Origin: the human T2T-CHM13v2.0 reference genome, Homo sapiens
Length of the DNA: 64,000 nt
NCBI RefSeq assembly: GCF_009914755.1
Contig: NC_060926.1
Strand: one strand, 5' to 3'
The notes beneath the pieces are model-generated. The model worked only from the letters and a program-made list of their open reading frames with translations. It ran no database searches and was not told the origin of the DNA. Positions 52,600 through 64,000 of the stretch are shown here, piece after piece (position 1 is the first letter of the stretch; every line of letters starts with the position of its first letter). The position numbers were made by a program, and so were the translations under genes.

Positions 52600-53475
52600 A
52601 CCTTCATTCTTGAAGAACACTTTTGCTGGTTTTAGAATTACTGGTTGAAGTTTTTTTTTTCTGACCTTTAAATATGTCAAGCCATTGTTTTCTGATTTCC
52701 ACCTTTTCATCAGAGAAATCAGACATAATCCGTAACATTTTCCTTCCATATGATGTATATAATGTATCTTTTTTTCTATAACTGCTTTTAAGATTTTTCC
52801 TCTTTATTCTTGTTTTCAGCTATTGATATGCCTTCTTTTGGTTTTCTTTGTACATACATTGCACTGGATTTATCGAGCTTCTTGGATCTGTAGGGTTTTT
52901 TTTAATCAAATCTTGGAAATTTTCAACTATTATTTCTTCTAATCTATTTTTACGCCCTATCTGTTCTCTCTTTTTCTTCTGAGACTCAAATCATAGTTTG
53001 CTAAGCATCTTGATATTGTCCCACAGGTCACTGAAACTCTGTTCATTTTGTCAATATTTTTTTTCTCTTTGTTTATCAGATTGAGTAATTTCTCTTGACA
53101 GATTTTCTAGGTTACTAACACTTTATTCTGGTACCTCCAATCTGCTGTGAAGCCCATACAGATATTGTACTTTTTGTTCTAAAATTTCCTTTCTTTTCAA
53201 TTTCTCTGCTAAGTTCCCCATTTGTTCACTTATTATGATCACAGTTTTCTTTCCCTCCAACATTATATATATATATAATGTTTATGGTATTTATAGTATA
53301 CTTATAATATATTGAGGCCTTTTTCTTCTAATTTCAACATCTGGTCCATTTCAGGGTAGGTTTTATTGATTGCATTTTCTTTTGACTATTGGTCACATTT
53401 TTCTCTTTGTTTATGTATCTGATAATTTTTTGTTCTATGCTGGACAATGTGAATGGTTGTAGAGACTTTGGGTTG
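52600..53475 (-). mobile_element. Old L1M ORF1-region remnant
   Basis: ccttcattcttgaagaacacttttgctggttttagaatt...; 52543-52749 QPVILKPAKVFFKNEG. Confidence 0.7.
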
Positions 53476-53477
53476 TA

Positions 53478-53715
53478 TAGTTTTCCTTTGGTATATGCAA
53501 ACGATTGTTTCCAGGACCCCCTGTGTATACCAAATCCATGCATACTCAGTTCCTGCAGTTGTCTCTTCAGAACCCACATATATGAAAAGTTGGCCCTCTG
53601 TATGAGTGGGTTTCACATTCCACTGATACTGTATTTTTATCCACATTTGGTTGAAAAAAATCTGCATATAAGTAGACCCATGCAGTTCGAAATCATGTTA
53701 TTCAAGGTTCAACTG
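53478..53715 (+). mobile_element. MER8 (Tigger-family non-autonomous DNA transposon)
   Basis: 238 bp, tagttttcctttgg...caaggttcaactg with degenerate terminal inverted repeats. TA dinucleotide on both sides. Confidence 0.85.
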
Positions 53716-53769
53716 TATAATCCTTCTTCTAGGAGAAGTGATTTTTATTCTTATAAAAATTGATACTAT

Positions 53770-54130
53770 ATATTATTTATAACAGCTTTATTGAGCTATA
53801 ATGTACCTACCTACAATTCAATGGTTTTACTATATTCACAGATATGTGCAACTATTTAGAATGTTTTTATCACCTCAAAAAGAAACTCTGTACTTCTTAG
53901 CTCTACACTTTCCTACCCCTAAACTTTCTCTATAGATTTGCTTGTTTTGAGCATTTCATTGAAATAGAATTTATAATATGGGGTCTTTTGTGACTGGCCT
54001 CTTTTACTTAGCTTAATGTTTTTAAGGTTCATCCATGTTGTAACCAGCACCAATACTTTATTCCTTTTTGCGACCATATGTATTCCATTGTATGGCTGTA
54101 CTACGATTTTCTTATCCATTTACCAGTTGA
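53770..54130 (-). mobile_element. L1MB-like 3' fragment
   Basis: aacagctttattgagctataat...ggttcatccatgttgta...ccagttgatagat. Confidence 0.7.
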
Positions 54131-54985
54131 TAGATGGAGAGCTGATTTTCATTCTAGTAGGCAGTTAAGTTGGCTGGACTCAAACTCCAAACTCTCTCTT
54201 TCCTGCTAAATACATACAAATAACAAATGCCCTCCTTTTTAGGATGGATGCCATTCCAGTTTCTGCATGTTCTAGATTGCTGTCTAATGCCTACAAATAG
54301 CTCTTTTTATATTTCGTCCAGAATTTATCATATTTTTTCTGTGTGAAGGTTAGCTACTACAATCTACTCCACTGTTACTGGATGCAGAACTCACAATGCC
54401 TTACATTTCAATTCCCAATACAGCTTATGAAGCCTTCCATAGTCTTATTTCCTTCAAGCCTCAAAAAACAGCTTCCTCTCCCAACTCCAGATAAATGTCT
54501 TAGGTAAACAGAGAATGCTGCTAGTGATATTTAGTCACTTCATCAATGTCAGCTAAGAAGGTGAAATATTGGAAACACAAATTTTAGAGCTGGAGTGGTC
54601 TATTGAGTGAGATTATTGCTGATGGAATTCAAGTATCCATTCTTTACTCTTTACTATTGTGAAAGTTGCACTTCAAGACTTGAAATCACCCCTTGTGATT
54701 GGGGAGCAAGCCTGGCCAGGGTGTCTATAAAATTCAGCCTTGCTCTTTTTAGCTCTCCAGAGGAGGCTGTTATCCTGCCTTCCTAGTAAGGCAGAGGGAA
54801 GGAAGTACCAGCACCACAAGTACCACCATTCTGTCTCCCACCTTTGGGACTTAAAAATAATAATTAAAATTACAATAAAATAATCATCCGATAAAAAACA
54901 TCTCTGTGAAGCCTTACCTCATCTTCTGTCCTGCCAAATCCTAGCTAGTCTTTGAATCCTCTCCATAGGCTTCTGAGAGTTCCAT

Positions 54986-55045
54986 GAAGGAGCAGGACTA
55001 TGTTGTAGGCAACAAGAAGGAGTAGGACTATGTTGTAGGTAACAA
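54986..55045. repeat. 30-bp tandem duplication
   Basis: gaaggag(c/t)aggactatgttgtagg(c/t)aacaa x2. Confidence 0.92.
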
Positions 55046-55430
55046 TTGTATTCCTATCCTGTAAGCATGCCTAGTACATAGTAGGCACCCAATAAGGGTT
55101 TATGCAACAGATATTTGAATAGCTGAGCATATAATCTGATAAGGAGAAAATCTTGTAGTTCTGACATTCTGTATGGCAATTCTGAATCTGTGACCGGCTG
55201 GCTTTATTTCAGTGATTTAATTATGACCCTTCAGTTGAGAGTACAGTTGAAATATCTAAGTGAAATTTTAAAAACCCTGAAAACCAAGTCCAAGTCACGA
55301 ATAACTTCCTATGTTGCTTTTTTTTTTTTTTTTTAACCTCTGTTGTAATTACTCTGGACCAAAGTACAAGGAAACTAGGACACAAATTCTATTCTTCCTG
55401 TTTATTCATGCATTAAAAGATTACAATGCC

Positions 55431-55664
55431 GTTCTCACTCATAGGTGGGAATTGAACAATGAGAACACTTGGACACAGGATGGGGAACATCACACACCAG
55501 GGCCTGTCGTGGGGTGGGGGAAGGCGGGAGGGATAGCATTAGGAGAAATACCTAATGTAAATGATGAGTTGATGGTTGCAGCAAACCAACATGTCACATG
55601 TATACATATGTAACAAACCTGCACATTGTGCACATGTACCTGAGAACTTAAAGTATAATAAAGA
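55431..55664 (+). mobile_element. Very short L1PA 3' UTR insertion
   Basis: gttctcactcataggtgggaattg...aacttaaagtataataaag. TSD aaaa(g/t)attacaatgcc at 55415-55430 and 55665-55680. Confidence 0.93.
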
Positions 55665-55867
55665 AAAATATTACAATGCCATAGACAGTTACATTTATCA
55701 CAGCACCTAGAAATACTTCATGATTTAGAACAGAATAGAAAGCATCACAAATTATTGATGGCACAAGATATAATTTGAATGGTGTCAGAGAAAAACATTT
55801 CAAAATAAAAATAGGAAGGTTCACTCATGTACTACTGTTTTGATTGTTTTTCTTTATAAAAATGCAG

Positions 55868-55962
55868 ATTATGTGGCGTCTCTGGGGAGACCTGTGGCTT
55901 CTCGGTATGCTGATGGTCTGTTTCCACAGCTCTACAGAGCAGAAGATGGCAGAGTATACAAT
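55868..55962 (+). CDS. VWA3B: VWA3B exon 3 (95 nt)
   Basis: aatgcag|ATTATG acceptor in phase with exon 2 (G+AT=Asp). Encodes DYVASLGRPVASRYADGLFPQLYRAEDGRVYN. Donor AAT|gtaagt. Confidence 0.95.
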
Positions 55963-56584
55963 GTAAGTCAGAGTTCCCTCAATGCGCAGTCCTGTGACAT
56001 GGTGCTGACATCACATCGGAGAGTGCAGTGTGGGGAGAGACTTGTGCTGCTTGGCAGGGATGCAGCTGAGCCAAGCCCTTATTAGGCTGGGGGTTTTCTT
56101 TTGGCATTGATAGGGTGATGAAAATCATGGCCAAGGAAGGAAGTTTTTGATCCATTAGAAATTAGTGCAGAAAACTCTTGATGAGAGATGAAAACCTTTG
56201 CACATTACCACTTCGTTTTGCTTTGAAAATAAAGGAAAAAAAAATATGACAGAGATGATCTGAAAGCCAAGAGCAAACTGCCATTATCTGAGAGAAGCAT
56301 TAGGAATAGGGGCAGCATTTGCAGATAGGAGAATGAGCACCACCTCTGACCAGAGGCCTTTACTCCCAGCAATTCAGCACCTGAGTCTCACGTCTCCTAC
56401 ATGCCAGGCCCTGTGCAGACCCAGGCCAACCACATGGAGCTCAAAGTCTGTTGGAGACACATGTCCCATCACGTCCATTTATGGATATTTGTTCATGTCT
56501 ATGTACATCCATGTACCACCTGGACTACTGTTTCCTAATATTTAGAAAATTTAAGTTACTTTTATTGGTAAATTTTTTTTTTTT

Positions 56585-57650
<1,066 letters not shown>

Positions 57651-57923
57651 TGGCTTTGTCCTCTGGCCCCTTGAGGTCGAACACTGGCTGCGCTGGGGCA
57701 GCCAATGTGCTACCAGGCTGCTGGCAAAAGCCTTCCATTAGGGGCTGCTGGCAATGCTCTGGTGGGGCAGCAGGGGGGCCATGGGTGAAAATACCCTGGT
57801 GGGGTGTTGGGGCTGCCCAGGAAACAGCAGAGAGCCTGGAGGGATACTGTAAGAGGGACAGCCAGGCCATTCAGCCCTTGGAGAAACCTCCATGATGGGG
57901 GTGGTAGGTTGCCTTCAGCTTGA

Positions 57924-58274
<351 letters not shown>

Positions 58275-58670
58275 TAAGCCTGGTCCTAAGCAATACTATC
58301 TGTGGAATCTTCAGTTTGATGTGCTAAGTATATTTTTTATCTGAACCACATTAAAATCAATGCAAAACTTTTAAAAACACCTGTCCCTTTACCTTTAAAA
58401 TCCACCTCCACATTCCCTGTGATGTGCCCACCCTGGCTTCTGTGTTGTAGCAGTAGCTGTGGATGCTGGTGAAGGAGCTGGTAATTCTGTCTTAAGGGGC
58501 CATGAGAAGCCTCCAAGAAGTGATGCTGGAGCTTGAGGAATGAGGTTGACAGACACATGGGACAGGGAAGGAAGGAGCCTGAGCCAAGCCACAAAAATGT
58601 GGAATGAGGTGATGTGGTCTGAAAGCACATTTTCCAAGATAAAGTACCGTATCTTCTTTTAAAATGTGCT

Positions 58671-58987
58671 CTAAGAATCCCTAAGCCTAGCTGGGAAGGT
58701 GACCGCATCCACCTTCAAACACGGGGCTTGCAACTTAGCTCACACCGGGCCAATCAGATAGTAAAGAGAGCTCACTAAAAAGCTAATTAGGCAAAAACAG
58801 GAGGTAAAGAAATAGCCAATCATCTATTGCCTGAGAACACAGCGGGAGGGACAGTGATCGGGATATAAACCCAGGCATTTGAGCCAGCAACGGCTACCCT
58901 CTTTGGGTCCCCTCCCTTTGTATGGGAGCTCTGTTTTCACTCTATTAAATCTTGCAACTGCTAAAATAAAATAAAATAAAATAAAAT
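58671..58987 (+). mobile_element. HERV-W (LTR17) U3-R processed retrocopy with an A-rich tail
   Basis: ctaagaatccctaagcctagctgggaaggtgacc...ctattaaatcttgcaactgc matches LTR17 U3-R. No U5. (TAAAA)n tail 58962-58987. TSD aaaatgtgct at 58661-58670 and 58988-58997 at a tttt|aaaa site. Confidence 0.9.
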
Positions 58988-59728
58988 AAAATGTGCTTTG
59001 TCACAGAATAGGGCACAATTTTTTCTTGTTCCTTGTCTATGTCTTCTATTGCCTCTCTACCTCTTGAAAGGCCTTGCACAGTGTGTCTGATCTATGTGAA
59101 GGATGGTTTATTTGTACATACAAGAAACTTCCTGCAAGTCTCTGTCACCATTTGGGGGCAGCTCAAGGGCTGCTGGTAGCAGCAGTGAGTGATCAGGTGG
59201 TCCAGGTGCAGGAGAGCTTCACCCGAGAGAGGAGGGCATGAGGACAAAAGTCATGAGCAGAAGGATGTGTAGCTGGGATGGCATCCTTTAGAGGAAGCCA
59301 GGAAGGTGTGCTGGCATGTTCAGTAGCATTTTCAGAAATATTTTTGGAATGTTATGTTTAGGAAAACGTTTTAGTGAGACATTATTTTCCATCTGCCTTT
59401 GTTGGTCTTTTCTCCTACCTAATTTCTTAAGAGTACCCTGGGCTTTTTCTGATAAAGATAATCTGTAACTATAAAGATAAAACATAATCTGGAAAGATAT
59501 TTTTTAAGGACTGCTGTATTTTGAATAGATCATATTATCATCTTTTCTTCTGTGGAGAATCCAAGCGTTTTTCTGTTGAAAGACTGGAACCTTTTCTCCT
59601 GGATTCTGTAGTGTTTGGAGGGTCATTGACAACACTGTTATGAGTGCACAGTTCTCGGTGGCAGCACTGTGGTTCAAATGACTTATTTTGGTGTTGTTTT
59701 ATTGTTTTTGTCTTTTATTTTCATTAAG

Positions 59729-59979
59729 CTGACAGCTAAATCAGAACTGATTTATCAGTTTGTGGAACATTTAACACAAGCTGTGGAGAGCTACAAGCAG
59801 CGAATGGACTGGCTCACCAGCAAGAGCCGGCAGATTTTTGGTGTCATCTTGGAACAGTGCGTCACCATAGTGCTGGATTTTGGCGGCATTCTGGAGGGGG
59901 AGCTTGATCTGTGCCGAGAGGCTCTAACAATGGTTCTCCAGGAGCAGGTGGCTCACATAACCGAGTTCAATATCATACG
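59729..59979 (+). CDS. VWA3B: VWA3B exon 4 (251 nt)
   Basis: T-rich tract then taag|CTG. Encodes LTAKSELIYQFVEHL...VTIVLDFGG...FNII(R), including a VWA-like first beta strand. Donor CG|gtgagt. Phase consistent. Confidence 0.95.
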
Positions 59980-61514
59980 GTGAGTTCCCATAGGAAGGGA
60001 GTATTTTAGTGAAAGTTCATAGTAATTTGTACATATTTGGAATTAAGTAGCACAGCTGACACAGTTAGCTCTCTGGTGAGGGAAGAGGCATTATCTTATA
60101 CTTTCCTAGAAGATGTAATTTCAGCAGCAATCCCACAGTGAATAAATCTTAGGAACTTTTATCTGCTTTGCACAGGGTGTCTTAGCTTTCACATTAAAAG
60201 AGATTTAGAAACATGCATTTCTTCAGTGCATGGGAAGGTTAAAATATAAGAATATGAGTTATGGCAAATATATATTTAAGGCCATAAATCTCTTCATTCA
60301 TTTTAGCTTTTAACTTGGGTAATGAATTCAAATGTCACTAATTTCACTGATTTTCCAGACTGAAGTTGCAACTCAAGTTGACCTCCCCTATAAGTTGACC
60401 CCTTTCACCAGAACAACAGGTGGCTGGCTTTATAGAATTTCCCATATTTCAGAGTTTTCACAACCAATTATTTATGGATTCTTGGATTCAAGAGAATTTG
60501 GACCTTAGCATTAACTTCTCATCTGGAAAAGTTATTGCACCTCCCTGACAAAAAACATCTGGATAACGGTTGGGGAAGGATCTACCTCATTCAGTTTTTC
60601 TGTTTTTAATCAAATACTTTCAGCTAAATAGAGGACATCTTTGGGGACAATGCCTAATTATGTTCTATCTAGCTTCCTATTTCTGTCACAGGTGTATTAC
60701 TGAAGGAATCAAGTGCTTAAGTCTGCAAAGCTTTTGCTTTCTTGGAAACCTCTGTACAACACAGATGCCACTCAGCCAGATTCTCTACCCAGGAAGCACA
60801 CAGCAGACACGAGTGTGAGCCAGCCCTGCTTCTGGTGGCAGGCCATGGGGGCAATCGGGCCAGTTTATTTGCAATTATCAAGTGCAAATAAATTGAGATA
60901 ATTCAAATGGCTCTTCTTTTTTTGGAATTGGGAGTTCTACCAGTCTTTTATAAGCCCAAACTAAATGGTTTAACCAAATTTTCTCAGGATTTAAAAACTA
61001 ATACTCTGTTGAACTCAAAACAATACCAGTATTAATCCAAAAGAAGGCAACCTATGGGAATCTTTCAGGACAATGAAAACAATGTCATGAAAGAATTAGA
61101 AATAAAATTTTAGAGCAATAGAATTGCTGGTGATTTGCAAACCTTAATACTGTGAATTATTATAAATGTACTATTAAGTGAAGCCAGTTACATATAAACT
61201 TGCCTGTTTATAAAAAATAACTTCTCTTAATGTTTTAAAGGACTCATTATTAGTGTTTACCTTTCTGTTTCTCATGTAAACATTGTTTTTCCTAGTCAGC
61301 ACAGCTTATAGAAGGTAGTGGTGCTTTGGGAACCTGTCTTAAACAGCTTGCTGGTTTTGTTGGTAACATCAGAGGGCTGGGAGCTATGATTTCTTTCTTT
61401 TTCAGCTCTAGAGATGGATGTTGGCAGCTTGCTGCTCATGGCTGTGAGACGGAGGTTTGGCATCCCAGTAGCACTGATCACTGCCCAGTGACCACTCCAT
61501 GTGATCCTTTTCAG

Positions 61515-61674
61515 GGTTTCTCAAGAGCCTGTGAAGTGGCAGGAAAATGCTACTCCTGTGACCGAACAGTCCATAGCTACTGCCATCAGTTGGGTTGAGA
61601 AACTGACGGTTGAGCTGACTGTGAGCGAGGCTGGCCGCCTGGATGCTCTGCTGGAAGCCGGGAGAGACAAGACT
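61515..61674 (+). CDS. VWA3B: VWA3B exon 5 (160 nt); gene continues beyond the window
   Basis: ccttttcag|G acceptor completes the CGG Arg codon. Encodes VSQEPVKWQENATP...EAGRDKT. Donor ACT|gtaagt. Cumulative CDS 702 nt = 234 codons with no stop. Confidence 0.95.
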
Positions 61675-64000
61675 GTAAGTGCGTGTTCATGGCTGGCCCC
61701 AGGCCATGGAGGTGGCTTCCAGCTTAACTCTTCACACTCAGTGACTTTACACGGCCCTTCAACTGATCTTGGGCCCCTCCCAGCAGGATCCGACAGAGAT
61801 CCCATTGGGCACTGATGGTGATGGCATAGCTGGAACAACCCAAATGAGGCCCCTGAATACCCGTCTCCTGAACCTGGCTAGGCTCCCTCTGTGGGGTGAC
61901 TGGGGATGCAGGGTAGACCCTTGTTTAGCCAGTGTCGGGAGAGCCGAGTGCGACTCACACCCACCGAGCACCGAGAAGGGACAGGAGTGAGGCCATAGTT
62001 GTGCATCTTTGCCATATTAACTTCACTCTTGCTCTCCTACCAATTAGATCAGTCAGTCTATCTCTTATGAGGAGGAGAGAGAGATTGGAAGACTCCTCAT
62101 AGAACCCTGAGGATGAGGAAATAAGGTTTTCCCAGCATCCATATTCTGAATCTTTCCTAGTTACTCTTCTTCACAGATGGATCTGTCATCTGTCACACAC
62201 TTTCCAAGGTGAAGTACGCGCAAGCTGATGACTCCATCCATTTTTGGATGTCAATGTATTGACATGAATTTTGATAGGGACATTTTTGGAAATAAAGCTT
62301 TACCTGGAAGAAGTGATTAGATGGTGGTGTGTTATGTCTCTTTGAGCCACAGGGTCTGTGTTTCTGGGAGTGACTCTAGTGATGGGAGTGTTGGGGCAGT
62401 GGCAAGCCAGTGGAGACACACTCTGGGCAGGCGGGGTCCTTTGGCCAGCCTGGACTCCCTGTGGGAAGGTCTGCTTGCCTTTGGATACAGTTACTTAACA
62501 ATTATGTGCTTCCTCCACTCTGGAAGTCTGGGGTTTCTGTAGGTTTCAGACTTTACCCAGCTGCATCAAGAAGTCCATTGTTGGAGAAAGAAGCCACGTG
62601 TTGGCATCTTGAAAGATAGCCCCCAGTGGTCACCGGCCTGTGTTTATCAATACTGAGGGCAATGGTTTGTAATTGGAAACACATTGCTTTTCCTTCCAAG
62701 GCCAAAAGAACAAATGTTTTCCATTAAAGAAGAACCAGATACAAGCTAGTTTGTTCCTTGGTCCTTTGAGTTTGTTTTAACATCTGTAAAATTTCAAGTG
62801 TCTGGACACCTTAATAAGCATTCAAAAAAATGGAACATTCCCAGGCTCAGGGTGTGTGTGCATGAGCCTGGGCACACAGCTGTTCTCTTTGTCTATGAAC
62901 CTGGCTATTGTGGTCACAGCTGCCTGTGGCCCCCTGACCTGACTGCAGGATCCGCCAGTGACCCTGTCTTTCTGTTTCACTCCTTCTGGTTCGTGCCTCT
63001 CCTTTCTCCGGGGTTCATTCCTATTCCAGGAAGTAAGGAACAATTCAGTGAGTTCCAGGGAAGTCCTATGGAAGAAAAGGAATCAAGAAAGAAGCTTCCA
63101 GGCACTGATCATCAAATGCAGCCTGAAAGCTTTTGAGAAGAGACCGTGGAGCAGCACATGCAAGCCCTGCACAGACCGCTGTGCCCCTCTGCCCACAGCC
63201 TTGATCTGGGGGTGGTCTCAAGGAAAATTCTAGCAAATGCAACTGCCTTGCATATAAAAATGCCGTGTCCTATGTTTTATGAGGAGTTAAAAAACACATG
63301 TGTGTGTGGCAGGGGGGAGTGGGTTCCCATAAGTCCTGCTTCTCTGCTCCACACCTGTCATGCCCATCCCAGCGAGTTCTGAATTCATCCAGATGGCTGC
63401 AGTTTGCTCTGAATAGAAAAGATGGAAGGCTTAAAGAATTTTTTGAGCAGCTAATATAAACACCTAGACTGTTCCTACTGATGACAGCCTGCTGCAAGTT
63501 AGCATCTCCCTCCATGAGCGGGTGCTGAGAGGAGCCAGGAAAGTGGGCATTGTCTTGTGCCCACAAATTAACATGCAAGTCCCGTTTCTATACCAAGCCC
63601 ACATGAGGAGTAGGGCTGAACCACGTGCTTGGTCATGGAGAAGGAAGATGCCCAGAGAGGCTCCTGGCCCCCTCCAGGCACAGGCTTTGTAACCACCGCG
63701 GGCCAGGAAGACTGAAACAGGAAGCAACGAGAGAGAGCCTTGAGGTCTAAGAAGAGCACATGCAGAGTGGGAGGTCTGTTGAAATGCTGGCTCGACACAT
63801 AGCACTGAAAGAGCATGATTGATAGATGAATTACTGTTGTGTCTCATGAAAAGGAACCTGGCTCACTGGGAGGGCAGCACGTGGGGTCCTGGGGACATGT
63901 TTGGTGGTTGAGGGGGTTGACATCCTCAGAGACCAGGTGTGTGGACCGGCACAGAGTTTCTGCTCTTCAGTAGCCCTGGTCCAGGACATGCATCTTTGGA

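Noticed and set aside
61700-64000. Several 70-127 aa ORFs after exon 5
   Set aside because: No convincing splice-site pair continuing the VWA3B frame and no recognisable homology. Treated as intron 5.

Overview
Primate, almost certainly human, genomic DNA rather than microbial sequence. It contains the 5' end of VWA3B on the + strand. A CpG-island promoter and 5'-leader exon 1 lie at about 27.1-27.6 kb. Coding exons 2-5 (33309-33504, 55868-55962, 59729-59979, 61515-61674) splice with GT-AG boundaries into one open frame of 234 codons (MEKSGPSSTISEQQ...EAGRDKT), and the gene continues past the window. The rest is dominated by transposable elements: nested L1s of several ages, about 20 Alus, a complete MST (ERVL-MaLR) provirus interrupted by an L1PA, several solo LTRs, a 5'-truncated SVA, a MER8 DNA transposon and an L1-retrotransposed HERV-W (LTR17) fragment. 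Nearly all ORFs in the supplied track are repeat-derived or spurious. I see no evidence of a new multi-gene system. The best leads are smaller: a sense-oriented HERV-W processed-pseudogene LTR just upstream of exon 4, a 5' leader with two uORFs and an in-frame GTG extension, exon 2 forming a stop-free frame if circularised, a young L1 truncated next to the homologous position of the old L1 it inserted into, and four separate fold-back (hairpin-templated) micro-insertions. Gene identity and repeat subfamily names are from recall of sequences, not from a database search.
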